64,000 bases of DNA, taken from assembly GCF_009914755.1 (NCBI RefSeq), contig NC_060928.1; one strand, written 5' to 3'. The DNA is from the human T2T-CHM13v2.0 reference genome, Homo sapiens. Positions 1-14,632 of the stretch are shown here, piece by piece. A program made the translations under genes and the position numbers. A model generated the notes under the pieces. That model had not been told where the DNA came from. It worked only from the letters and a program-made list of their open reading frames with translations, and searched no databases. Numbering within the stretch: the stretch's first letter is position 1; each line of letters opens with the position of its first letter.

Positions 1-500
1 ATGAATTTAAGATATTGTTCTACTTTGAAACCATTTATATTTTTTCAGAGTTGCAAAAAATGACCACGATTAATTTTTTTCATTTGGGGTGTGTGCATAA
101 AATCACATGGAATGCACCTGGCTGATGGCTTTGGATAAGGAATTTTACAGAAAAGAACTAAGTATAACATGAAGCATCATATTGTCCAGCTTATTATTCA
201 AGTTAGGTAGTTCAAGTTTCATGAAGGTAAGTTGTATATCCTTTATGAGAAAAATAAGTATTGGTTTTTCTCAATGGTAACTGGAAATCTTTAAAGGAAA
301 ACATTTTTATTATGAAACAGTTTATTGAATATAATGCAGTAATAATGTACAAAATGCTCCAAAATACATATGGAAAGCACCAGAAGTTTGGTGAAACTAC
401 TTGTCTACAAAAGAGTAAGAAACTATAACATATAACATCTAATTGTGTGTATGTTGTGTACAATGAGTACTCAATAAATGTTATTCATTGCCTCTTTTGA

Positions 501-800
<300 letters not shown>

Positions 801-967
801 AACTATGACCACTTTTAAAATTACGTTTCATAATGTACACTTTATATAAGAGGCATTTGTGAAATTATTTGCTGAAACATTTGTTTACTTAATATTCTAT
901 CTTTGACACTTTTGTGGATTGAAGAAATATTTATTAGTCACTTATTTTAGACAGCTTATTGCTTTAG

Positions 968-1117
968 TACAGTTTCTAAACCCTGGCATTATTGACATTT
1001 GGGGGTGGATCTTTTGTATTAGGGGGCTGTCCTGTGCATCTTAAGACGCTTAGCAGCATCCCTAGCCTCTACCCTCTAGATGGTGGTAGCGCCCCCAGGC
1101 TGTGACAACAAAAAGTG
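968..1117 (-). mobile_element. MER20 (hAT-Charlie), truncated
   Basis: GGGGGCTGTCCTGTGCAT...TTAGCAGCATCCCTAGCCTCTACCCTCTAGATG matches the reverse MER20 consensus; the other end is missing. Confidence 0.88.
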
Positions 1118-1194
1118 CAAAATGATGGATGTGGGGAGGGTGGGAAGAGGTAAGTGTTTGGGAGGGGAAGGAAGGAGACAACACTCCTCTCTCC

Positions 1195-1596
1195 AGTAAT
1201 TTAAGGCAGTGTATAATAGAACCTTTAAGTTACACAAAAGGAGATTCCTAGAATTTTAAGGGAATTGTTTTCCAGCTCCACAACATGGTAATCAAAGTGG
1301 AAAGGGGTTTGCCTCAAAAGGAGTAGTATGTGAGGTTCTTGTGTGATAGAGTAGAATATAAACTGGAAAAGTTGTTAAAGGGATTATACCATATTAGAAT
1401 AAAAGGGATTGAGATAGTTCCAAGTATAAGAGGACTCTAGGCCCCCAATTTTCCATAAGAAAGAAGCAACCTGAAACCACGCAAATATGAGTCATTTCTT
1501 AAGAAACAGAATTACTGACAGTTCAGCCAGCCCAGAGGGAAAATCCAAGACCCCCAAAGAATAACAGATTAAGGACCTACATCTATGGAGTAGAAT
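1195..1596 (+). repeat. ~400-bp direct duplicate of 3466-3871 (MLT1-int fragment)
   Basis: Manual alignment from AGTAATTTAAGGCAGTG to GTAGAAT, roughly 90% identical to 3466-3871. Confidence 0.95.
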
Positions 1597-2273
1597 AGAC
1601 CACAGCTTTATTTGGTTAAGAAAACGTAGAGATAAATGTACATCTTATATAAATTCTGTCAAATAGAACAAACATAGGAGCATATAAGACCTAAGAGGGA
1701 ATTCTAGTGATGTCATCTCCCATGAGAAAAATTCACTTGCATTTAATTATTTTGCCAATTTATAAAATAGAACTAGAGTGTAAAAACAAAGAATATACTT
1801 TATAACTCTACATATGTCTGTTACTTGACTCAGAGACCTAGTATCTCTGTTATCAGAAAATTGGCCAACTAGTAATTTATAAGAAAAGCTTTGTGAGACA
1901 ACTAAATTATTGTTCTCAAATTCCAGTTTTTACTAAAGTTCTTCAGTGAAAACAGATCCACAGAATAAGAAAGCAGGGAGGAAGTGTGAGAGATTGTACT
2001 AAGAGTGGTTTCTTGATTCGTAAGGGGTGCTTTCTATAAGTAAGGATGGGCGAAACCAGCAAATAGTCTGGGGGCCATTCATTTGTGAATAATAGTTCAT
2101 AAATTTCCTAAATGCTGAACATTTGAGAATGGTCTACTGTGATATGTAGAATCCTCCTGTTTTGTAAATTTCAAGTGATTGTCATAATGATATGACTGTC
2201 AAGAGAATGTTTGGATTAAGCTTGAAGCTGAATTGAGCTTATCAATTTATAACTTCATTTGTGAAATTCTGAC

Positions 2274-2300
2274 ATATATATATATATTTATATGTATATA
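2274..2300. repeat. imperfect (TA)n microsatellite
   Basis: atatatatatatatttatatgtatata. Confidence 0.8.
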
Positions 2301-2354
2301 TTTTACTTTCATGAGATTTACTTCATTTTGAAAAGTTACTACAGATTATTTAGC

Positions 2355-2830
2355 CATTAAAAAGTTAATAAGGGAATACTATCAACAATTTTATGCTCAT
2401 TAATTCAACAATCTAGAAGAATTGGATGAATTCCTTGGAAAACACAAATTGCCAAAATTCAGCTAAGATCAAACAGACAATCCAAATAGCTATATAAGCA
2501 TTGGAGAAAACAAATTTATAATTTAAAAACTCTCAAAAAATTATCTCCAGGGCAAAATAACCTCACTGGAGAACTCCACCATACATTCAAAGAAGAACCA
2601 ACATTGATTCTACATAACCTTCTTCAGAATACAGACAAGGAGGGCACAACCCCCATCTCATGCCAGGAGGCCAGCACTAACCTGACACCAAATGAGGGAA
2701 ACACTATACAAAAACAAAACAGTCTCAAAATAAAATCCCCCATAAACAAAGACAAAAAAAATCCCCCAAATCACCAACAAAGATAATTCAGAAATGTCAA
2801 AAAAGAGCTATACACTATGAACAAGAGGTT
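2355..2830 (+). mobile_element. old L1 (L1M) ORF2 fragment
   Basis: GAATACTATCAACAATTTTATGC...AATCTAGAAGAATTGGATGAATTCCTTGGAAAACACAA and later ATTCTACATAACCTTCTTCAGA resemble the L1 ORF2 region upstream of RT; A-rich + strand. Confidence 0.8.
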
Positions 2831-2939
2831 TCCATTCTTATGGATATTTAAGCACTAGTTGTGCTCATTCAAAGGAGCCAAGAAGAATTAATACACTCTA
2901 TTGATAATTGCCATGCCTAGATAAATCTTCCTGATTTCA

Positions 2940-3026
2940 GGAATGGTTTTATAAAAGACAGCTTGTTGTTAATTAAAGCCATTAAGTTAGGGGTAGTTTG
3001 TTATGAAGCCATAAATAAGTGAAACA
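2940..3026 (+). mobile_element. MLT1 LTR 3' remnant (5' LTR of the provirus)
   Basis: TAAAGCCATTAAGTTAGGGGTAGTTTGTTATGAAGCCATAAATAAGTGAAACA is a typical MLT1 LTR terminus. Confidence 0.7.
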
Positions 3027-4260
3027 GGCACTGATTACAGCAGTCGTTTCTGATATAAAAATGTGAAATATTTGGCATTTGCTTTGAGGCCATCAACAGG
3101 TAAAGGCTGGAGAGAGAAACAGTGGTTCACTCAGGCACCATTAGTAGAAGTGGGGGCAATGGGAGCCTGTGTCATATAATGACAGAAAAATTAGCAAATC
3201 TGTCACCTACAGTAAATGCCTCAGTGAACTATTGGATCTTGCTAATAAGATTTTCAGGCAGAATGTTTAAAGTACCAATTGGCTTATTTTAGATGTAAAT
3301 GATCAGACATTGCAAAAGAGAGGTCAATTAAAGAAGGAAGTGTTCCATTTCTTAGCAGAATTTAGAGAAAATAAAGTGAGTACAGGATAACTTCATCGGC
3401 CAGAAAAGCATTCTAAAAGTAAGAAATGAGCTCTGGGTCAAGATCAAATCAAGGGTATGTTACAGAGTAATTTAAGGCAGTGGATAATAGAACCTTTAAG
3501 TTATACAAAAGGAGATTCTAAGAATTTTAAGGGAATTATTCTCCAGCTCCATGACATGGTAATCAAAGTGGAAAGGACTTTGCCTCAAAAAGAGTGGTAT
3601 GTGAGGCACTGTGTAATAGAGTAGACTATAAACTGGAAAAGTTTTTAAAGGAATTATACCATCTTAGAATAAAAGGGATTGAGATAGTTACAAGGAATAA
3701 GAGGACTCTAGGCCCCCAGTTTTCCATAAGAAAGGAGCAGCCTGAAACCACACAAATATGAGCCATTTCTTAGGAACCAGGAAGGATTACTGAGAGTTCA
3801 GCAATCCCAGAGGGAAAATTCAAGACCCCGAAAGAATAGCAGATTAAGGAACTACGCCTATGGGGTAGAATCAGGCTCTAACTGAGGAACTGTCCCTGGT
3901 CCCAAGAGTCTGAGGATGGCAATGGATTTGTGTGTCTATTCTGGATAATCTTCTCCACTCCCCTGATTATTTTGAAGAACAGTAGTATCTATTACAGTTA
4001 TCCCGTCCTTATCTTGCCATTTTATTTTGTGTTGTGAGATCAGGTAATTTTTCTGTTCAGTTTACAGGTCACTGGATTAACAAGTATATTTGAGGGGCTG
4101 CACTTGGAAAATACATTCAAGTGGGCTTCATCTGCATCTGTAATTGATTTAGAGAATGAGATCCAGAACTCTGAGCCTAAAACAGTTGCTGTCATTGGCT
4201 GAAACTTTACAGACCTGAAAAGAAGTTGAGTATATTTTGTATTGGGAGCTGAGTATTAAC
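3027..4260 (+). mobile_element. MLT1-int (ERVL-MaLR internal region), degraded
   Basis: Lies between two same-strand MLT1 LTR segments; MaLR-int-like motifs (GGATCTTGCTAATAAGATTTTCAGGCAGAATGTT; TTCATCTGCATCTGTAATTGATTTAGAGAATGAGATCC). Confidence 0.7.
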
Positions 4261-5098
<838 letters not shown>

Positions 5099-5716
5099 TA
5101 TTTGAACGTGATAAATTGAGAATAAGTATTGTAATCTAAAGGCAGCCATTAAAGGATACTAAGAATATGTAACTACCAACCAGGGTAGACAATCTCAGTG
5201 CAGCAAACAAACATGTAGCACACCCAAGAGTTTTTTAGAATGAATATTTATATAAACTTAATTTAAGGTTCCTGGTATTATTGGCTTGTTATAACAAAAG
5301 ATCTTTTCAGCATATAATTGTGTTTCATTTACTACTGTGTGGACTAATTCTAAATTCTAAAATGAGTTTGTCAGAAAACGTAGAAAAATTACAAAGTTTG
5401 TACAAGTATCCACTAACCTTAATTTTTCAGGAGACATATTTTGTTTCATAAGGAGCAGGCCCTGGATTTTAGGTTTTTGTTTTTTTTTTTTTTTTGAAAA
5501 GTTTACTTTCTATTATTTGTAACTGGTAGAAGAGCATACAATGAGATAATAAAACTTGGAATCTCAGGAAATAGAAAGAAAATGTGAGAGTTGGCCATTT
5601 AAATTAATGTGTCATTCTTAAATGTGAGTGGATGATGAGGTAAGATAGAGAAGTTTAGAAACTATCAAACATTGTTATAGTAAAAACAATGACAACCTCA
5701 TTTAAACATATAATTG

Positions 5717-6184
5717 ACTATTAGTCTGTTTTGTATTGCTATAATAGAATACCTGACTCTGGGTAATTTATTTAAAAAAGAGGTTTATTTAGCTCATGGT
5801 TCTGCAGGCTGGGAAGTATGAGACACATGACACCTATGTCTGCTCCACTTCTGTTGAGGGCCTCATGGTAGGTCAAAATATGGCAGAAAAGGTCAAAGGG
5901 AAAGTGGCCATGTGGGTGCAGAGACAGGCCAAACCCAGGGCGCCTCCTGGCTTTGTAGAAACTCACTCTGGCAGGAACAAATCCATTTCTTCTGAGAACT
6001 AATCCAGTCTTGACAGAGTGAGAATTCAGTATTGCGAGAACAGGACCAAGCCATTTATGAGGAATATGGCCCCATAACACAAATTCCTCCCTATATGCCC
6101 CACCTTTCAACACTACCACACCTGGAATCACATTTCAACGTGAGTTTTGTTGGGGACAAATGAACCATAGCCAAACCATAAACA
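5717..6184 (-). mobile_element. MST (MSTB-like) MaLR solo LTR
   Basis: TATTAGTCTGTTTTGTATTGCTATAA...GGTTTATTTAGCTCATGGTTCTGCAGGCTG...CCAAACCATA. Confidence 0.85.
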
Positions 6185-6883
6185 CAGTGAAGAAGGAAAA
6201 CATTTTTTGAATGTAAGATTGATCACCACCTTCTCTACATCCAATTTTCATTGTGTTGCCTGAAGTTACATGACATGTTGTTTAAAGGAAGGGTTGGAAA
6301 TAAGCATGTTAGTAAGCCTTTTTCTACAAGTGCTTTCATGAGCACAGAATGTTGATTTTTTTTTTCATGTTGGTTTTTGTTTTTTGTCTTTTGACAGACT
6401 TTGAGAGGCTCATAAGACTTTAGAATTCTTTGAATTTGATAATTCTAGGGAGATGAGAAAGAATCTTTGTTTAATTTTTGAAGCACATAATTACAGACGA
6501 ATATTTAAATTTGACAGTTAAAGGCATGATATTAAAGAACTCTGACTTTAGTGTAGACTTTTTTTACATATAAATATGAACATATGCTATGTTTATATAA
6601 ACCAAATGATCTCTATATTCCTCTTCTTTGATTTGTTTACAAAAAGATTGAAAAAAATGACTGAAAACTTTGACAATTACTCAGAATTCTTTGTTTTAAA
6701 ACGTGTAAAAATAAAGATGAAATTATTGGTTTAAAAATGTGTACACAAAGTAAACTGAAAAATGTGTGCAACTACATTATAAGAAAATTATACAACATCT
6801 TAATATAAGATTTAGAAAAATAATTAACTTTTACCGTTTAGATGTAGTAAAAGATTGGCACTACTAATACGTTAAAAATTGGA

Positions 6884-7200
6884 GGCCGGGAGTGATGGTT
6901 CATGCCTGTAATCCCAGCACTTTCAGAGGGTGAGGCAAGAGGATCACCTGAGGTCAGGAGTTTGAGACCAGCCTGACCAACATGGGGAGACCCCGTCTCT
7001 ACTAAAAATACAAAATTAGCTGGGCCCAGTGGCGCATGCCCGTAATCCCAGCTACTTGGGAAGCTGAGGCAGGATAATTGCTTGAACCTGAGAGGTGGAA
7101 GTTTCAGTGAGCCGAGATTGTGCCATTGCACTCCAGCCTGGGCAAAAAGAGTGAAACTCCTTCTAACAAAAAAAAATAATAAAATAAAAAAAAGAAAAAG
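6884..7200 (+). mobile_element. Alu (AluSp/Sq-like)
   Basis: GGCCGGG start, two arms, A-rich tail; CCTGACCAACATGG and CCATTGCACTCC variants. Confidence 0.97.
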
Positions 7201-7292
7201 ATTTTCAAACAGTTGAAATAACTACTATTGGTATTGATTCCTTCGAATTTCAGAAAATGATAGAATCTTGGATTTGGAAGTGTAGTTTACAT

Positions 7293-7803
7293 TAGAGGTC
7301 CACAACCCCAGTCCAGATGTCAGTACTGGCCTGTGGCCCGTTAGGAACCAGGTGAGCGGCAGCTGAGCTAGTGAAGCTTCATCTGTATTTACAGCTGCTC
7401 CCCATCACTCGCATTCCCACCTGAGCTCCACCTCCTGTCAGATCAGCCATGGCATTACGTTCTCATAGGAGCGTGAACCCTATTGTTAACTGCGCATGTG
7501 AGGGATCTAGGTTGTGCACTCCGTATGAGAATGTAATGCCTAATTATCTATCACTGTTTCCCATCACCCCCAGCTGGGACTGTCTAGTTGCAGGGAAATA
7601 AGATCAGGGATCCCAGTGCTTCTACATTATGATGAGTTGTATAATTATTTTATTATATATTATAATATAATAATAATAGAAATAAGGTGCACAATAAATG
7701 TAACATGCTTGAATCATCCCGAAACCATCCCGTCAACCTTGGTCCATAGAAAAATAGTCCTCCACGAACCAAGTCCCTGGTGCCAAAAGTTTGGGAATCC
7801 GTG
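7293..7803 (+). mobile_element. MER1A (hAT-Charlie), near full length
   Basis: Internal CTGAGCTCCACCTCCTGTCAGATCAGC and TTGAATCATCCCGAAACCATCCC; 8-bp TSD gtttacat (7285-7292) / gtttaaat (7804-7811). Confidence 0.93.
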
Positions 7804-9266
7804 GTTTAAATAATCTCTCCTAATCCATATAATTGAAAAAGTATATAACATATGTCCTATATGGGGAGATTATGTGACTCATCCTAAATTACAAAGTATT
7901 TCATTAGTGTCCACCAATTATGTAGTTGCAAATACAGAAATGGCTAGAGTTAGAAACAATGTATTAGAAGCTCATCAAACAGCACATAGAACAAACACTC
8001 ATGTGACAGATTTCCTAGCAGGTATGATGTTTGTTAAGGAAACTCTTCTGGTAACCTCAAAAACTGAATGTAAAGTTAGTCGAACATCACATTCAAAAAA
8101 CAATATAAGTGTGAATAATTTGCTCTGGAGAATAGGAAATTCATAGAAGAGAAATTCACTTTTGCCTTCAATTCTTAATATTAGAGTGGTGCATAGTCTA
8201 TTTATAAGGAATATTTCATTTATTAACTTATGTGCCTTGATATTATCTTATTCTTTCAGCAGATAGGACTCACTGCCAAGATAATTCTAAAATAAAAATC
8301 ATTATGAACTTATTAATTAATTACCCTTGGAATTAAAGAGCTTCATTATCCCTAATTTAGGTTCGTTTCACCAAAGTTTCTAATTGTTTTTACAGACACA
8401 TTTAAAATTGAAACTTAGAGAACTGGATATCCAGCTCTTTATTATATTCAATTCAAAGAACACTCAGTTTGTGATATTTTGTTTAAATGGCAAATCTTGA
8501 ATTGATTTCAGTAAAAACTTCATTCATTATTAGGGCTTATTCTGTTCTCATCTCCTTTTTGTCAGCTTGATGTCATTCTTTTTCTTATCTATTTTGAGAT
8601 TCTATAGGAGTTATTCAATTTAGCATCTAGTATTAATCGATATTTTCTCTATCAAACATCCCCATCCAAACTTGCATGTTTTACCTACCAGGCTTGCTGC
8701 TTGTATTCTCTTTTTGAAGGGAACTCTTATTTTTACTTCTGTAATACCAAGAAAAAATATTATTCCTTTCTGCTATTTGCTATTATTTGAAATATATTTA
8801 CTCATTTCATTAGCAAACATTTACTGAGCAACCAATATCTTGACACAGGTATAAATATTTTTATGTGTGCTTTATTTATTCAGGTTTGCAGGATTTCAGA
8901 GTTCAACTACAAATATGGAAGAATGAAATAAAAGGATACAGACATATGTCATAATACCTAGCAAGATCTGGCCTTTGGCTGGTGCTAAGGAATCATTTTT
9001 CACCACTCTTTCTTGCTTACTTCAGCCTTGTTTCCTGACACCCCCAAGGATTAAATTTATCTGATCAGAAGCCTTCTCTGCAGATTTTGTAACAGCATTC
9101 ACCTCCATCATTCTCTCTCCCTTTATCTGATCTGCTTTCCCTCAGAGTACAGATCACTACTTGACATTATATTATATTATGCATTTATTTCTTCTTACTT
9201 TCTGTAATGTTAGGCTTACAAAGTAGAAAATTTCCCTGCTGTGTTTACTTTGTATCACCACTGACT

Positions 9267-9543
9267 GGTCTCACTCTGCCACCCAGGCTGAAGTGCAGTG
9301 GCACAATCATGGTTCACTACAGCCTCCACCTCCTGGGGCTCAGGTGATCCTCCCCGCTGTGCCTCCCAAGTAGTTGGGACTACAGGCACACACCAACACA
9401 CCTGGCTAATATTTTTGTATTTTTTTAGAGACTGGATTTTGCCATATTGTCCATGCTGATCTTAAACTCCTGGGCTTAGGCAATCCCCTAACTTTGGCCT
9501 CCCAAAGTGCTCAGATTACAGGCGTGAGTCAATGTGCCTGGCC
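9267..9543 (-). mobile_element. AluJ lacking its poly-A tail, within L2-like sequence
   Basis: GGTCTCACTCTGCCACCCAGGCTG...GTGCCTGGCC with J-type features; flanks resemble an L2 3' end. Confidence 0.92.
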
Positions 9544-12500
9544 AAAACAATGATAAATTGTTGTGGATTAAATGAAAGAAAGGATGCTGTTTTCTATTCC
9601 AGTCAATAGGTCAGGAAAAACCTTACATTTAAGATAAGGAAAATGAAGAGTTAGACAAATAATGAGGCAAACCAAGAAAAACAAGGATGTAGAGGGCATA
9701 CACTTTTAAAAACCTTCAACATAAAAAAATCCTTCTAACTAAATATTTTCTGCATCCTCAATCCTAAAATTGTAGAGTCATCAGTAACATGGGACTACCT
9801 TAAGAAAGGTATTATTTGGAAATTCATGAGTAATATAGGTTCATAACTGCTTTTCCATAATTGCAGAGTTCCAAAAGGCATGTAAACCTGGAGTTTGTGA
9901 TTATTTGTTTACATGACACCAAAACTCATTTGCAAGGCCTAGCATGAACACTTTGTACTTTTTACTTCAGAAGTTAACGTGTTTAGTTATGTGATGCTGG
10001 GTGAAGGGAGATGTTTCATTATGTATGATTAAAATTTGTTTCCTAAATTTGGAGAAAATTCTGAATTCTGAAATTTGGTTTTAAAAATATCAAATAAAAG
10101 ATTGTGGGTTCGTATAAGGTTAAAACACAAATTAAAATATTGACCTATTGTTTAATATACAATTAAAAAGAAACTAAAAATGTTGGAACTCTGACATATA
10201 GGTGAAATATATCAGGATCATTTAAAATAAAGGATAAAATCACTGTAGCACACAATGGAAATTGAAAGTTAATAGGGAAGGCATTTTAACATATAATATA
10301 CGTAAATGGAAATTGTCTTGTAAATGTGTAAAAAAAATTCAACTTTACTAATAATTAAAATTAAAGATGATGTATTTTACTTTTCAACTATCATGCTAAT
10401 ACAAATTTTATATAAGGAAAAACTACCAAAAAATTGATAATTAGTTACCATTAAAATTAGTCTCTAAGAGTTCTTAGTTACTGTTTTATAGTCATATAAT
10501 TTTGAACTTAAAGGGATTTTAGATATAATGTAGTTTGACAGCCTTAATTTATTATATGTAATTAATTATTTATACATAATGATTAATTAATGTTTAATTA
10601 TTAATAATAATTAATATGTGTAATAATTTATCCTCCTCACACGTCTTTATCTAGAGCCTACTTAGTGCCAGGGTTTAGTTTAAATAGATTTGAAGATTCA
10701 AAGGCCAGACAGGTTCTTGAATTACTTGATCCGAGATACAGAGTTAGATAGAAACCATCTATAAGATAGAAAACAATAATAAGATAATTATGAGTGTACA
10801 ACAAGGGTTACAAAGAAAATGAACAAGAAATTGAGGTAGCCAATAATGGTGGTCAACAAAGTCCTTCTCTAAGGAGATGATATTTAAGATAATTAGTTTA
10901 AAATCCAAAATCAAGAAGCAGTTTTACAGTGTGATCTGTCACTTAGCAGCTGAATCAGGGTTACAAACTCCGTTCCTTGATTCAAATTAATTTATATTTA
11001 AAAATACATTTATTTTCATTTTGTAGTTTAAAAACTCAGAGTGGATAATATCAGGATACAGATGACTACAATAATGCTACTAATTCAAGTGAAGTCAATA
11101 TTAAAGTATAAAGATTCAGGGAAATAAACTCTCATCTAATTTTAATTCGTTTCTTTTGTGAGTAAATAGAGATTTTAGTAGGTCTGCATAATGCTATAAG
11201 TAATGTAGCTTCTTAGGTGTTTCAGCCCTGTGACTAAAAGAGTTTGATGACACACTTGACCAGATGAAAATCTCTTTGGCAATGTTAAGACGTTTAGTCC
11301 TTTCAATTTAGGCTACCTTTTTTTTTCCTTTTTGGATTTCAAATAATATGTTACCAAGGCCCTTAATATTAGAAAATCTCTTGATATAAAGTTCAAAATG
11401 CTAAAATATTTGGTGCCATTATCTTGAAACCAGAAATATATGTCTTTCATTTGGGCTTTCTATAGCGATTTTCTTTTTTTTTTCTAAACAAAAAAAGCTA
11501 CAAAGAAATTATGAAAGAAAAGATTATGAAAAGAATATATCTATTGTCATGTATTTCTCTTTATTGCTCTTCTTGAATAATACCTCTCTCTGTACTCCTT
11601 TTGCCTTCTCTTTCCTTGTACCAATTAGATCAGAGGCAATTCAATAGGATGTCTTTAAGCCAGGCAGGTTAGGTTAAAAAAAAAACATTCTCTTCTTACA
11701 GCAGCTCTGCACCCTGTACAGTTTGTATTCTCACCATAAATTCCCAAGGATGAGCTTCCATCATGCCCATCACGACCATTAGCACACTTGGTGTAGAGTA
11801 ATTGAGAGAGAAATCAGAAAGTTAACAAAAGATTGGATGAAGTATAAAAGTTCCTTTCGTCTTATCAGGAAAATAGTACCCTCAGGAAATTTGAAGTCAT
11901 GCATTAAGCCAGCATTGTCTACATTTGTAGCATACCTTCTTATTTTCTCAGAGGGCAGATCAGTTATTTTAATTTTTTTTTCAAAGGAGAAGAGAAATGA
12001 AGGCTGGAGAATAAGCTTTGGAATATGAATAACAGTTACAAAATAAAATAATATGTATTTAAGATGACTTAGTAATGCTTGCTCATATAAATTGTGTATA
12101 ACAATAACGCATGACTGATTTTTTTCCTTATGATTGCTACACTCCCAGAATTGGATTATTGCTTCATTAAATTATTTGAAGTTTGTCAAACCATATAGAA
12201 TAGTATCATAACCAAAAGTATCTCAGTGCTGGAAAGAAGTGGAGGGTAACATTTCTATGATTTATTCTTGGAAGTAGGTGATGCACTGAGATTCATCGTG
12301 CATAAATCTATTAGAGAGGTGGAATTACTCCACATAGAAGAATAAAGAATCTTTTGAAGAGGAGTGTAATTCTTGCCAAACTTTATGGCTAGGTGGCTAG
12401 AGTTAAGATTTGGCTGGTGTTTCCATGATCAACTCTATTTTTCTGGAGCTTATATCTCAGCTCTACAAGAAATTTAGAAGAAAACACCATATCTAGAAAA

Positions 12501-12900
12501 CTCCATAAAGGGTAAATATATAAATAAATTCAGATAAATTAAATCTAAAGAGATTCCCAAACAGAAATGAATCCATATTTCAATCCCATTTGTGTATGAG
12601 AAGGTAGGTCAGACCAAAAATGGTGGCTCTGATTCCAAAGCTAAACAGATTGATGATTCCTGCTCTGTTTATGGTTGCTTTCTAGTTAGTTTACTGGTAG
12701 ACTGGGAAACAGAGTAAAGGATGTAGTCAAGAAAATAACTGGCGTGAGTTGGCACAGCTTCCCAGAACTTCTTTATGGCAATGCGCTGAAGTTTGGTGAT
12801 CAATGCAATCCAAGCAGAGTGAAACAACTTCCAGGCCACAGGAATCCCGGGCCGAATAGTCAGGGGTATGGGAGGGGACTGAAGCTTCCATATTCTAATA

Positions 12901-13112
12901 CTGCACTCTCCAGTACAGTAGCCTCTAGCCACAAGCCACATGTGGCCAATTAATTTCAATTAGATAAGATTAAATACAATTAAAGATTCAGTTCCTCAGT
13001 TTCACTAGCTGAATTTTAAATGCTCAGTAGCTATGAGAGGCTAGTAGCTACCGCTTGGATAGCACAGAGAGAACATTTCCATCATTGCAGGAAGTTCTAT
13101 TGGATAGCACTG
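12901..13112 (+). mobile_element. MER3 (hAT-Charlie)
   Basis: CTGCACTCTCCAGTACAGTAGCCTCTAGCCAC...GTTCTATTGGATAGCACTG; degraded 8-bp TSD ttctaata/atctaaca. Confidence 0.88.
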
Positions 13113-13686
13113 ATCTAACACATGAGGCAGTTATTGCTATGCAATGGCAACTTGCTCCTGTGTTCTTTTTCTTATTGAGTCATTACGTCTTCAGTAGGCC
13201 ATTTCCTATAGTGGAGAATTGTGAAACTGTAATACTAATGAATATATTTATGCATAATGTTTAGATTTTTTGTGGATGGCACACACATTTCTGTTCCTTG
13301 TGAATTAGAAGGCAAAGTCATTCTTCTAATGATCCAGAATAATAAAAATTGTAAAGGGCATAAGAGAGTGGCAAAGGTTAAAAGGAGTCAGCAAGGGGAG
13401 TGAGAAGGGGACTACTCAAAAACATTTACAAAAAAATTCTGAGTACCACAGTGGTTCAAGCACATAGATATAAATCACTTATTTTACACAAATTGGCTCA
13501 ATTTCTAATAAAAAATTCCCATGTTTTAGGGGATATTGTACTCCGATTGATATAAGCCTTTCCACTGTAGATTTTCTTCAAAAATAAATTTTGCTCTCTC
13601 TACAGATTCATACATTTGAAGGGATATTTGAATTATGTTTATAAATGCATACAGATAAGATTATAAAGAACATTAAATATGCAGAT

Positions 13687-14632
<946 letters not shown>

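Noticed and set aside
2604-2786. 60-aa ORF
   Set aside because: Lies in a degraded L1 ORF2 fragment
10545-10630. AT-only stretch with short palindromes
   Set aside because: Low-complexity sequence; symmetry is expected from composition
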